Part shown: positions 19,576 through 29,207 of the stretch, piece after piece
Layout: each line of letters begins with the position of its first letter
Position numbering within the stretch: position 1 is the stretch's first letter
NCBI GenBank assembly: GCA_030613025.1
Contig: JAUWMT010000002.1
Span: forward strand, 19,945 to 83,944
Origin: Candidatus Cloacimonadota bacterium
GTDB lineage: Bacteria; Cloacimonadota; Cloacimonadia; JGIOTU-2
Length of the DNA stretch: 64,000 bases
Direction: 5' to 3'
Translations under genes and position numbers: made by a program
Notes under the pieces: generated by a model
The model's database searches: none
What the model was told of the DNA's origin: nothing
Seen by the model: the letters and a program-made list of their open reading frames with translations, nothing else

Positions 19576-20014
19576 TTTTCCAAATGAAGGTATGTCCGTA
19601 ATTGTTAAAACAATTACCCGTTTTACTGTCTGGTTGATCTTCTTATATGGTCTGTATATTGTTATTCATGGTCATCTTTCTCCAGGTGGTGGTTTTGCAG
19701 GCGGCGTGATCGTTGCCCTTTCATTTGTTCACTTGACGCTGGCGTATGGTAAGAATTTCGTCATGGAGCGTGTGAATAAATTTGCCATGAACAGTTTGGA
19801 AGCTATTGCAGCGATCCTTTTTGTGCTCACCGGTCTGATCGGCTTATATGTTATGGGCAATTTCCTCGCAAACTTTATGGGAATCGGTAAATTGTACACG
19901 CTTCTCAGTGCCGGCTACATACCGATGCTGAATATCTTTATTTGCGTGAAGGTCGGCATGGGATTGTATCTTGTGTTCTACTATTTAGCCAGTTTTAAAC
20001 CCAAGGAAGGATAA
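19565..20014 (+). CDS. MnhB-domain membrane subunit (MbhE-like)
   Basis: HGHLSPGGGFAGGVI motif of MnhB domain; start set at ATG 19565 (GGGAGG RBS). Confidence 0.7.
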   Translation: MQNNFPNEGMSVIVKTITRFTVWLIFLYGLYIVIHGHLSPGGGFAGGVIVALSFVHLTLAYGKNFVMERVNKFAMNSLEAIAAILFVLTGLIGLYVMGNFLANFMGIGKLYTLLSAGYIPMLNIFICVKVGMGLYLVFYYLASFKPKEG

Positions 20015-20018
20015 GAAT

Positions 20019-20363
20019 ATGATATTATATATTATGTGCTTTTTCCTCTTTTTGGTCGGCGTTTATGGCGCGATCACAAAAAGAGATCTGATTAAGATAA
20101 TACTTGCAATTGGCATCATGGGTTATTCCGTAAACCTGTTCCTTGTTTTGCTTGCCTATCGCACAGGTGCGCTGGTTCCCATCCTCAAAGAAGGACTTAA
20201 TATTCCAGCCAGCATGATGGTCGATCCTATTCCTCAAGCTCTTGTACTTACATCTATTGTTATTGAACTTGGTATCACTGCACTCATGGCTGCGCTTGCG
20301 ATCAGGATCTATCAAAAATATGATACCTTTGATATTACGAAGATCAGGAGATTACAAGGATGA
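20019..20363 (+). CDS. MrpC/NuoK-like membrane subunit (MbhG-like)
   Basis: 114 aa, 3 TM, NuoK-like. Confidence 0.7.
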   Translation: MILYIMCFFLFLVGVYGAITKRDLIKIILAIGIMGYSVNLFLVLLAYRTGALVPILKEGLNIPASMMVDPIPQALVLTSIVIELGITALMAALAIRIYQKYDTFDITKIRRLQG

Positions 20364-21865
20364 TATTATCACAGTTTATTTTCGTTCCCTTACTCGCTGC
20401 ATTTCTCATCGTTCTCCTTGCCCGTAAAAAAGAAAATTTTGCTGCTGCTATTGCCCTTGCTGCCTGTGCCTGGATTTTAATCGTTTCATTCATTGCGTTC
20501 TTTAAGCTCTCTTCCCACGGAGGTATGATCCTAAACAATACAAGTGGATGGAAAATACCTTATACGATCAGTTTGATCTTGGATAATCTGTCTGCCTTTA
20601 TGCTGATAGTAGTGAATCTTGTTGCCTTTCTTTCAGCATTCTATGCGATCCAGTACATAAATCATTTTACGGGGAAGTGGAATTTCTTTGCGCTTTTTAT
20701 GCTGATGGTAACCGGAATGAATGGAGTGATACTTACAGGTGACTTCTTCAACTTATATGTTTTCATGGAGATAGCGCTCTTTTCTGCCTATGCTCTTGTT
20801 GCCTTTGGTACGGAATCTGAAGAACTGGAGGCAGCATTTAAATATGCCACAATGGGTGCGATAACTTCCACAATGATACTGTTTGGTATTGGAATTCTTT
20901 ATAGTTATACTTCCACACTTACAATGGCGGATGTCGGACTTCAGCTGAGAAGTGCCGGAGCTCCGAAACTGATTTTCCTCGTTTATGGTTTGTTCATTGC
21001 AGGTTTTGGTTTGAAAACTGCACTCGTTCCCTTCCATGCGTGGCTTCCTGATGCCCATCCATCAGCCCCTGCACCGATCTCGGCAATGCTTTCCGGCGTA
21101 CTTATCAAAACACTCGGAGTATATGCGCTTGTGCGAATTTTCTTTAATGTATTCGGAGCGCCAACCGTTGTGTTACAGATACTTATGCTGCTTGGAACTC
21201 TCTCGATCGTAATTGGAGGTTTTCTTTCAATTGTGCAATGGGATTTCAAACGATTGCTGGGATTTAGCAGTGTCAGCCAGATCGGATATGTGGTGATAGG
21301 TTTTGCACTTGGCACACCCCTCGGTATTCTTGGCGGCATTCTTCATCTTTTCTATCATGCGATCTTCAAATCCTTGCTCTTCCTGAACAGCGGAGCAGTT
21401 GAATATGCGACAGATACAAGGGACCTGCGACAACTGGGTGGTCTTTCAAAAGAACTCAAAGTTACTTCGGCAACTAATATGGTTGGAACATTATCAATAT
21501 CTGGAATTCCACCTTTTAATGGCTTCTTCAGCAAGCTCATCATTATCATTGCCTGCATTTCTGCGGGTCAGATCGTTATAGGTATTATTGCTGCACTGGT
21601 GAGTATTGTGACCCTTGCATACTTCCTGAAAGTTCAAAAGCACGCATTTTATGGTAAAAAGGGATCTGCAAAAGTGCTTGAAAAAGTTCCTATTGCAATG
21701 AAAACTGTTATGATCATTCTTGCTGCACTGTGTTTATTGAGTTCAGTTATTATGATCCCATCAATTAGAAAAAATTATTTGAATCCTATAGTGGACACCG
21801 TTATGGGAAGAACTTCATATATCGATAAAATCGAGCCCTATCTTGATAATGGGAGTGTTAAATGA
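20360..21865 (+). CDS. MrpD/NuoM-like antiporter-type membrane subunit
   Basis: 501 aa polytopic, NuoM/MrpD family motifs (WLPDAH, FFNGF). Confidence 0.85.
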   Translation: MILSQFIFVPLLAAFLIVLLARKKENFAAAIALAACAWILIVSFIAFFKLSSHGGMILNNTSGWKIPYTISLILDNLSAFMLIVVNLVAFLSAFYAIQYINHFTGKWNFFALFMLMVTGMNGVILTGDFFNLYVFMEIALFSAYALVAFGTESEELEAAFKYATMGAITSTMILFGIGILYSYTSTLTMADVGLQLRSAGAPKLIFLVYGLFIAGFGLKTALVPFHAWLPDAHPSAPAPISAMLSGVLIKTLGVYALVRIFFNVFGAPTVVLQILMLLGTLSIVIGGFLSIVQWDFKRLLGFSSVSQIGYVVIGFALGTPLGILGGILHLFYHAIFKSLLFLNSGAVEYATDTRDLRQLGGLSKELKVTSATNMVGTLSISGIPPFNGFFSKLIIIIACISAGQIVIGIIAALVSIVTLAYFLKVQKHAFYGKKGSAKVLEKVPIAMKTVMIILAALCLLSSVIMIPSIRKNYLNPIVDTVMGRTSYIDKIEPYLDNGSVK

Positions 21866-22365
21866 AGACAGAAACAAAAAGCAGGATCGTTGTCTTTTTT
21901 CTATCCTTATTAGTTTGGATATTGATAACGATGGTTTTCAGTATTCCCTCTTTGATAGCAGGCGTTATCATGGCACTGATCACTGCGATCTTTGCCGGAG
22001 AGATGCTGATCATAACTGAAAGAAAATTTCATTTGAAACGAGTATGGTACACGATTGAATATCTCGTAAAGTTCATATGGGAACTGTTCAAGGCAAATTT
22101 TAACGTTGCATACATTGTTATCCACCCTCTTCTTCCCATAAAGCCCGGGATCGTGAAAGTTAAAACAAAGCTGAAAAGAGATTCTGCGCTTACCATGCTT
22201 GCAAATTCAATAACCTTAACTCCCGGAACACTAACGGTAGATATCGATGTTGATAACCAGATTTTATACGTGCACTGGATCGATGTGAAATTTACCGATA
22301 TAGAGCAAACCACTGAATTTATAGGTGGTCGATTTGAAAAACTACTCGAGGAGATTTTTGAATGA
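21862..22365 (+). CDS. MrpE-like subunit (MbhA-like)
   Basis: 167 aa, 2 N-terminal TM, operon position. Confidence 0.55.
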   Translation: MKTETKSRIVVFFLSLLVWILITMVFSIPSLIAGVIMALITAIFAGEMLIITERKFHLKRVWYTIEYLVKFIWELFKANFNVAYIVIHPLLPIKPGIVKVKTKLKRDSALTMLANSITLTPGTLTVDIDVDNQILYVHWIDVKFTDIEQTTEFIGGRFEKLLEEIFE

Positions 22366-22703
22366 GAGTTTTTAGATGGTTCATCGGTTTAATTATTATT
22401 GCAGCATTCCTTGTGATAAATTTTGTTGTGTTTACAAACATTCCTTTCAACTATAAGTTGATCAATGTGCTCCTTTTCTGCTCGCTTTTCATCCTGATAC
22501 GAGTCGTGAAAGGACCTTCAGTTGCAGACCGTATTGTTGCGATTGATATTCTTGGAATTTTGATCATCGGAATATGTGCGATCCTTGCTATTGCATTAGA
22601 CCGTTCATATTTTATAGATATTGGAATTGCCTGGGGTCTTCAAAGTTTCATAGGAGCTTTGGCGCTTGCAAAATTCTTAGAAGGGAGGTCGCTCGATGCC
22701 TGA
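22362..22703 (+). CDS. MrpF-like subunit (MbhB-like)
   Basis: 113 aa, 3 TM, overlapping start/stop. Confidence 0.55.
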   Translation: MRVFRWFIGLIIIAAFLVINFVVFTNIPFNYKLINVLLFCSLFILIRVVKGPSVADRIVAIDILGILIIGICAILAIALDRSYFIDIGIAWGLQSFIGALALAKFLEGRSLDA

Positions 22704-23046
22704 TTTAGCAATTAATCAAATTATCGGATATGTCATTATTTGTATTGGTGTTATTTTTGATCTTTTTGGAGTGCTCGGTCTTGTACGTCTTCCTGATGTA
22801 TATAATCGTCTTCAGGCAGCAACGAAAAGTGTGACTTTTGGATCTGCCGGGATACTGTTCGGAGTATTCGTTTACTCTGGTTTCACGTCAATGGGCTTCA
22901 AGGCAATTCTCTGTGCAATATTCATACTGTTGACCTCACCTGTTTCTGCACATGCAATTGCAAAAGCTGCTCACTCAGCAGGAATCAAGCTGACTGACAA
23001 AACAGTTATTGATCTATATCAAGAAGATAAAGAATTACAGAAATAA
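22696..23046 (+). CDS. MrpG-like subunit (MbhC-like)
   Basis: 116 aa, 3 TM. Confidence 0.55.
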   Translation: MPDLAINQIIGYVIICIGVIFDLFGVLGLVRLPDVYNRLQAATKSVTFGSAGILFGVFVYSGFTSMGFKAILCAIFILLTSPVSAHAIAKAAHSAGIKLTDKTVIDLYQEDKELQK

Positions 23047-23051
23047 CAGAT

Positions 23052-23483
23052 ATGAGCCACGAAAACACCAGTCTTCACTACGTTACGCCGTGGCAGGCAC
23101 AAAAGCACACGAAAAGGGATATTATATTTAGAGAGGAATGTTATAAAATCATTGACTGTGCCTTTACCGTTTGGAAGTTATTAGGATATGGTTTTTTAGA
23201 AAAGGTTTATAAGAATGGCTTATTTATCGAGTTAATTGATAAAGGTTTTCAGGCGGAAAAGGAATATCCAATAAAAGTATTCTATAAAGGGAAAGTGATC
23301 GGAGAATATTTTGCAGATATTGTTGTTGATAGGAAAATAATCTTAGAATTAAAAGCAGAAGAAAAATTAAATCTTATTCATCAAGCACAAATTATCAACT
23401 ATCTAAAAGCCTCTAAAATAAAAGTTGGTTTATTAATAAATTATGGCAAAAAGAAATGTGAGTTTAAAAGATTTATATATTAA
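23052..23483 (+). CDS. GxxExxY-family protein (PD-(D/E)XK nuclease-like), inserted inside the hydrogenase operon
   Basis: 143 aa with GFLEKVY (GxxExxY) motif and C-terminal ...IINYLKASKIKVGLLINYG typical of the family; weak RBS; interrupts otherwise coupled operon. Confidence 0.8.
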   Translation: MSHENTSLHYVTPWQAQKHTKRDIIFREECYKIIDCAFTVWKLLGYGFLEKVYKNGLFIELIDKGFQAEKEYPIKVFYKGKVIGEYFADIVVDRKIILELKAEEKLNLIHQAQIINYLKASKIKVGLLINYGKKKCEFKRFIY

Positions 23484-23537
23484 TAATTTTTGTGTCCTTT
23501 TGTGTGATTTTGTGGCTAAATATATCAGGAGAATAAA

Positions 23538-24149
23538 ATGATCATTCCAAAACTTCGTGAATTGGGTGAAGCTATTGTATCACTTTTTTCAAAACCAATA
23601 ACAAGTAAATATCCTTTTACAAAAAAACCCTATGAGCCGGTAAAACAGTTCAAGGGAAAACCAAAATATGATGAAGAAGAATGTGTAGGGTGTGGTTCGT
23701 GTGCTCAGGTATGTCCTGCCGGTGCAATCGATCTTACCGATATACCCGAAGAAGGAAAACGCATATTACAAGTCAATTACACGAATTGCATTTACTGCGG
23801 ACAGTGTGAAGAACACTGTATTACTCAAAAAGGCATCAAGCTTTCTAATGAGTACATAACTGCTACTTTCAGTCCGGACAAAGAAGCAAGCTTCATGAAA
23901 ATTGAAAAAAAGCTTATTGTCTGCCCTATTTGTGGTACAAAGATAGCCACTGAAGATCACATGAACTGGCTAATCGAGAAGATGGGACCAAAAGCTTATG
24001 GAAATCCCAACCTCCTCGCATTCATTCAACTTCGCTATCAGGATCTGCCGGACTCAAAGATAAAGAAAGATACAATACGTAGAGAAGATTATTATAAATT
24101 AATGTGTCCGAGTTGCAGGCACCAGGTTGTTGTAAAAGATGCATTCTGA
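23538..24149 (+). CDS. NuoI/MbhN-like 2x[4Fe-4S] subunit with extra C-terminal Zn-ribbon-like extension
   Basis: CVGCGSCAQVCP and CIYCGQCEEHC clusters; C-terminal CPICG...CPSCRH. Confidence 0.8.
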   Translation: MIIPKLRELGEAIVSLFSKPITSKYPFTKKPYEPVKQFKGKPKYDEEECVGCGSCAQVCPAGAIDLTDIPEEGKRILQVNYTNCIYCGQCEEHCITQKGIKLSNEYITATFSPDKEASFMKIEKKLIVCPICGTKIATEDHMNWLIEKMGPKAYGNPNLLAFIQLRYQDLPDSKIKKDTIRREDYYKLMCPSCRHQVVVKDAF

Positions 24150-24620
24150 TGAGTTAAAGAAATTATTTTCATCAATAAAAGATAAAAAAAACCTTTTTGT
24201 AGGGCTGGGAAATTATCAGCGCGGCGATGATGCTGTGGGATTATATATTATTGAACAACTGCAACTAAAATGTAAAAAAAAAATTTTACATACCTGATCG
24301 CAGAAACAACTCCCGAAAACTATTTTAGTACACTCACTTCACAAGATTTGGATTTAATTATTTTCCTTGACGCATGCCGATTTTCATCAAATGCAGGAGA
24401 GATTAAGATTTTGAGACATGAAGAAATAAGCACCTTTGCAACTTCGACTCATACAAGCTCGATCAGTGTCATCATTTCGTATATTCGCAAGTTTTCAAAT
24501 GTGAAAATTGAAGTGATCGGTATTAATATACTGAGTGCAGATTTCGTGCCAGAAATTTCAATGGAACTTAAAGAGAGCGTAGATTCTCTAATAACAATGA
24601 TTGAAGATGAAACACGCTGA
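24139..24620 (+). pseudogene. hydrogenase maturation endopeptidase (HycI/HyaD family) interrupted by a frameshift in an A10 tract
   Basis: N-terminal part (24139-24297, MHSDELKKLFSSIKDKKNLFVGLGNYQRGDDAVG...) stops just after A10 at 24274-24283; the family's downstream conserved region (...ENYF...DLIIFLDA...) continues in another frame to 24620. Confidence 0.7.
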
Positions 24621-26877
24621 GATACTACTTACAGGAATTGTGCAGGGGGTTGGTTTTCGACCTTTTGTGAAGAGAACTGCTTTGCATCATGGCATCAAGG
24701 GCTACGTGGAGAATAGGGAATTCGGTGTAAAAATAATTGCATCAGTTCAAAAGAATGATATTGAAGAATTCTTGCTCGATATTCTAAATAACGCCCCCGC
24801 AGTCTCAACCATTCTTACTCATTCAATAAAATATCTCGAACATGATTTACAAAAATTTACAACCTTTGAAATCGCACCGAGCAAGAAAAAGGGTGAAATA
24901 TCAGCGCTCATTCCACCAGATATTGCCACATGTGATAAATGTGCACAAGAGATCATTGATAAAGATGACAGGCATTTTTCTTATCCTTTTACAAACTGCA
25001 CAAATTGCGGTCCGAGGTTTTCAATAATTCAATCAATTCCTTATGACAGAAAAAATACAACAATGAAAAAATTCATTATGTGTGATGACTGCAATCGAGA
25101 ATATACAACAGTTGCGGATAGACGGTATCATGCACAGCCGAATGCGTGCCCGAAGTGTGGTCCGGAATTACGGCTTATAGAAGTTGTTGATGAAAGCCCT
25201 GTAGTAACTGAAAGGAGAGAAAAAGCATTTGATAAGACAGTATCACTGTTAAAGAATGGAGAGATAGTTGCGATAAAGGGCATTGGCGGCTACCATCTTG
25301 TGTGTAATGCATTGAAAAAAGAAGTGGTTGAAAAACTCAGAAAATTGAAGTATAGACCGCAAAAACCCTTTGCACTCATGGCTCGTGATATTGAGACGAT
25401 CGAGGATTATTGCGAGATACATGAGTGCGAAAAAGAAATGCTGGAAGGGCAGCAGAAACCGATAGTGCTGTTAAATAAGACAAATGAAATTCTGGAACAC
25501 ATTGCTCCTGGTGTAAAAGATCTCGGTTTCATGCTTCCATATACTCCTTTACATTATTTGCTTTTCAAACACTTTCAGTTGCTCGTTTTCACCAGCGGAA
25601 ATATTTCTGAAGAAGCACTCGAAAATAAAGACGATTATGCATATCAAAATCTGGCAAATATCACTAAATATTACCTTTCTTATAATAGAGAAATTTTCAA
25701 CCGAATTGACGATTCAATTGTAACTTTTGCAGAGACAAAGCAAATTCTGATAAGGAAAGCCCGGGGCTTTGTGCCTAAGCCAATTAATATAAAGAAGGGT
25801 GACGGGAAACCTCAGATATTCGCAGCAGGCGCAGACATGAAAGGTTCTTTCGGGTTAACAAAGGAGAATATATTTCTTGGAAGCCAGTATCTTGGCGATC
25901 TTGCATTTGCTTCAAATACAAAATTTTACAAGGAATCCCTTGAGTACTTTCAATCAATATTCGAGATGAAACCGGAAGTCGTTATCGCTGATTCTCATCC
26001 TAATTATTTCTCTACTCGATTTGCACAGGATTTTGCAGAAGAAAAAGAATTGCCAGTCCACTATATCCAACATCATAAAGCTCATATTTATAGTGTGATG
26101 GCTGAAAATGATCTTGAGAATGTATTGGGGGTTTCCTTTGACGGAACCGGTTATGGAGATGATGGGAATATCTGGGGTGGCGAATTCTTTATTGTAAAAA
26201 ATATTGAGTGCGAGAGATTTGCTCATTTGAATTATTTGCCGATGGTTTCAGGAGAAAGGGCAGCTAAGGAGCCGTGGAGAATGGCGCTAATATACCTATT
26301 TAAATATTTTCCCGATGTAATCGATACCATTATTCCAACAGCCACTTTTCCACAGAGGGACATGATACTTCATCAGCTTTTGAATGATTCTGTAAGACTT
26401 CAAACCTCGAGCATGGGAAGATTCTTCGATGCGGTTGCAAGTTTGATCGATGTGTGCCAATACAATTCCTATGAAGGCGAAGCTCCCATGAAGTTGGAAG
26501 CTTTTGCCGATGAAAAATATTCAGAATATTATCATTATGATTTTAATAAACAGCAATCACTAATTGAAGTGCCATTAATAATTAAAGGTATTGTTGAAGA
26601 CATTCTTGAGGAACGTTCAAAAAAATATATTTCATCAAAATTTCACTTTACAATTGCGAAGATGGTTTTCGATTTGTGTACAAAAATGAAGAATGAATCC
26701 GGCATAGATGCAGTAGCGCTTTCCGGTGGAGTGTTTCAGAATGTTGTGCTTGTAAATATGATAAAAAGAGTATTTTCCGGAAGTAGTTTTAAATTATTTT
26801 GGAACGAAAAAGTACCTCCAAATGATGCAGGAATTGCTCTCGGTCAGGTTTATTCGTTTCTTTTAAAAAGTAGGTAA
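24601..26877 (+). CDS. hypF: [NiFe] hydrogenase maturation carbamoyltransferase
   Basis: acylphosphatase N-terminus (ILLTGIVQGVGFRPFV), two Zn-finger CxxC pairs, YrdC and Kae1-like domains, 758 aa. Confidence 0.95.
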   Translation: MKMKHAEILLTGIVQGVGFRPFVKRTALHHGIKGYVENREFGVKIIASVQKNDIEEFLLDILNNAPAVSTILTHSIKYLEHDLQKFTTFEIAPSKKKGEISALIPPDIATCDKCAQEIIDKDDRHFSYPFTNCTNCGPRFSIIQSIPYDRKNTTMKKFIMCDDCNREYTTVADRRYHAQPNACPKCGPELRLIEVVDESPVVTERREKAFDKTVSLLKNGEIVAIKGIGGYHLVCNALKKEVVEKLRKLKYRPQKPFALMARDIETIEDYCEIHECEKEMLEGQQKPIVLLNKTNEILEHIAPGVKDLGFMLPYTPLHYLLFKHFQLLVFTSGNISEEALENKDDYAYQNLANITKYYLSYNREIFNRIDDSIVTFAETKQILIRKARGFVPKPINIKKGDGKPQIFAAGADMKGSFGLTKENIFLGSQYLGDLAFASNTKFYKESLEYFQSIFEMKPEVVIADSHPNYFSTRFAQDFAEEKELPVHYIQHHKAHIYSVMAENDLENVLGVSFDGTGYGDDGNIWGGEFFIVKNIECERFAHLNYLPMVSGERAAKEPWRMALIYLFKYFPDVIDTIIPTATFPQRDMILHQLLNDSVRLQTSSMGRFFDAVASLIDVCQYNSYEGEAPMKLEAFADEKYSEYYHYDFNKQQSLIEVPLIIKGIVEDILEERSKKYISSKFHFTIAKMVFDLCTKMKNESGIDAVALSGGVFQNVVLVNMIKRVFSGSSFKLFWNEKVPPNDAGIALGQVYSFLLKSR

Positions 26878-26879
26878 TA

Positions 26880-27107
26880 ATGTGCTTAGCTGTGCCATAT
26901 AGAATTATTTCAAAAGAAGGCAACAAAGCCATTGCAGATGTCTTCGGCATGAAAAAAGAGATAGACATCCGTATTATAGAAGATGTCGAAATAGATGAAT
27001 ATGTACTTGTTCATGCGGGTTTTGCTATTCAAAGAGTAAACCAGCAGGATGCAAAGGAAACTCTAGAGTTGCTCACTGAACTATGCGAAGCCGAGAGTAA
27101 ACCATGA
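26880..27107 (+). CDS. hypC: hydrogenase maturation factor HypC
   Basis: 75 aa starting MCLAVP. Confidence 0.9.
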   Translation: MCLAVPYRIISKEGNKAIADVFGMKKEIDIRIIEDVEIDEYVLVHAGFAIQRVNQQDAKETLELLTELCEAESKP

Positions 27108-28192
27108 CTGATAAATTCAGAAATAATCCTGAACTAAAACCGCTTCTAAATAAAATTAAGCATGACGTCGCTGCTTTGGATGGAAAAGCTCTTCCGTTGA
27201 AATTTATGGAGGTCTGCGGTACTCATACTGTATCGATACTCAAATTTGGATTCAGGCATTACTTTAAAGATTCAATAAAATTTTTATCAGGACCTGGATG
27301 TCCTGTATGCGTTACTTCAGCCTGTGACATTGATAAGATGATCTATCTAGCTCAACAGGGTCATCATATTGTAACATTTGGGGATCTGATAAAGGTGCCC
27401 GGAACACATTCCAGTTTGGAAAAAGAGATTGCAAAAGGCGCAACTGTCGATGTAGTGTACAGTCCTCTGGATGCACTAAATATTGCCCGAAACACTAAGA
27501 AGGAAGTAAACTTCATTGCAGTAGGATTTGAAACGACTATTCCGGTAATTGCGGGCTTGGTTCTGGATACTTATGCGCAACAAATTAAAAATCTAAGCAT
27601 TCTCTGTCTGATAAAAACGATGCCAAATGTGTTAAGATTTCTTCTTTCCCAACTAAAGGGTGAGATCGATGGTATGATCATGCCGGGACATGTCAGCGTG
27701 ATAATCGGTTCTGAACCATATGAGTTTATTCCTCGGGAGTATGGAATTCCCTGCACTGTAGCCGGTTTTGAGCCCGTCGATCTGGGGCTTGGAATTCAGG
27801 CACTCGTCTCTCAAATAGCGCTGGGTTCACCCGCAGTTGATAACCGATACAAAAGAATGGTCAAATCAGAGGGCAATAGAGCAGCACAGGAGTTGATCTC
27901 GGCAGTTTTTCAGGAATGTGATGTTGCCTGGCGGGGATTTGGTTCTATTCCCAAAAGTGGATTATGCCTGAATGAAGAATTTATAAATTTCGATGCTGAA
28001 AAGAGATTTCACATAAAGGTGAATGATGAAGTTGTGCAAAGTGCCTGCATATGCGGAGATATCATTGCAGGGAGAAAATCACCTATTGATTGTACTTTAT
28101 TTAGAAAAAAATGCACGCCGGAAAACCCGATCGGACCATGCATGGTTTCTTTCGAAGGTGCATGTGCTGCATTTTATAAATATGGAGAATGA
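27104..28192 (+). CDS. hypD: hydrogenase maturation factor HypD
   Basis: 362 aa with CGxH, GPGCPVC and C-terminal Cys motifs. Confidence 0.95.
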   Translation: MTDKFRNNPELKPLLNKIKHDVAALDGKALPLKFMEVCGTHTVSILKFGFRHYFKDSIKFLSGPGCPVCVTSACDIDKMIYLAQQGHHIVTFGDLIKVPGTHSSLEKEIAKGATVDVVYSPLDALNIARNTKKEVNFIAVGFETTIPVIAGLVLDTYAQQIKNLSILCLIKTMPNVLRFLLSQLKGEIDGMIMPGHVSVIIGSEPYEFIPREYGIPCTVAGFEPVDLGLGIQALVSQIALGSPAVDNRYKRMVKSEGNRAAQELISAVFQECDVAWRGFGSIPKSGLCLNEEFINFDAEKRFHIKVNDEVVQSACICGDIIAGRKSPIDCTLFRKKCTPENPIGPCMVSFEGACAAFYKYGE

Positions 28193-29196
28193 TGGGAAAT
28201 AATACAATTCTTCTCTCTCATGGAAGCGGTGGTAAGCAGAGTAAGGAATTACTTGATCTTATTTATCGAACACTCAGCCACGTTGTCATTAATCACGGCG
28301 AGGACAGCGGGGTCTTTCATGCAAATGAAGGGAAAGTAGCTATTACTACAGACAGCTACACGATCGATCCGATATTTTTTCCGGGTGGCAATATCGGGAA
28401 ACTGGCTATCTGCGGTACCACAAATGACCTCGCAATGGTTGGGGCGATCCCAAAGTATATTACACTTTCTCTAATCATTGAAGAGGGTTTTGGTTTTGAT
28501 GATCTTAAAAAAATTCTGATAGCGATTCGCGATGAAACCGAGAAGGGAAATATATCGATCATTGCGGGAGACACAAAGATCGTCAGCAAAGGAAAGGTAG
28601 ATAAGATATTCATCAATACTGCCGGATATGGAGAAATTATCTCAAAAGATACGATATCTTCGCAGAATGCAGAGTCGCAAGATGCTGTAATCATTACCGG
28701 TGATATTGGAGATCACGGCGCAGCGATCATGGCATACAGGAATGGATTCGAATCATCTTTAAAATCAGATTGCGCAAATGTTGCACCTCTTATAAAAGCC
28801 CTTTTGGAACATGGCGTTAAAATTCATGCACTGAGAGATCCTACTCGCGGAGGGCTGGCATCTATACTTAATGAGATCGTCGCTTCTTCAAAAGTAAATA
28901 TTGTTCTTGAAGAAGAAAAATTGCCTATCAAAGAAAGTGTGTCCGGAGTGTGCGATGCGCTTGGAATCGATCCTCTTTATATGGCTTGTGAAGGGAGAGC
29001 TGTGATAATTTGTCCCCAAGATCAAACTGATAAAGTACTGGAAATTTTACATAATGAAACTCTTGGGGAAAACGCACAGGTTATAGGACGGGTTGCTGAA
29101 AAATCAGATACACCTAAATTATTTTTGAAAACATTTATCGGAGCAAATAGAATATTACCGCTCCTCTCACGCGAACAAACACCAAGAATTTGTTAA
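28189..29196 (+). CDS. hypE: hydrogenase maturation factor HypE
   Basis: 335 aa AIR-synthase-like fold, C-terminal PRIC. Confidence 0.95.
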   Translation: MMGNNTILLSHGSGGKQSKELLDLIYRTLSHVVINHGEDSGVFHANEGKVAITTDSYTIDPIFFPGGNIGKLAICGTTNDLAMVGAIPKYITLSLIIEEGFGFDDLKKILIAIRDETEKGNISIIAGDTKIVSKGKVDKIFINTAGYGEIISKDTISSQNAESQDAVIITGDIGDHGAAIMAYRNGFESSLKSDCANVAPLIKALLEHGVKIHALRDPTRGGLASILNEIVASSKVNIVLEEEKLPIKESVSGVCDALGIDPLYMACEGRAVIICPQDQTDKVLEILHNETLGENAQVIGRVAEKSDTPKLFLKTFIGANRILPLLSREQTPRIC

Positions 29197-29207
29197 CAGG
29201 AATATAA

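Noticed and set aside
24348-24620. ORF-track ORF 24348-24620 as an independent 90-aa gene
   Set aside because: It is the C-terminal part of the hydrogenase maturation protease continuing in a shifted frame after the A10 tract; called as one frameshifted gene.
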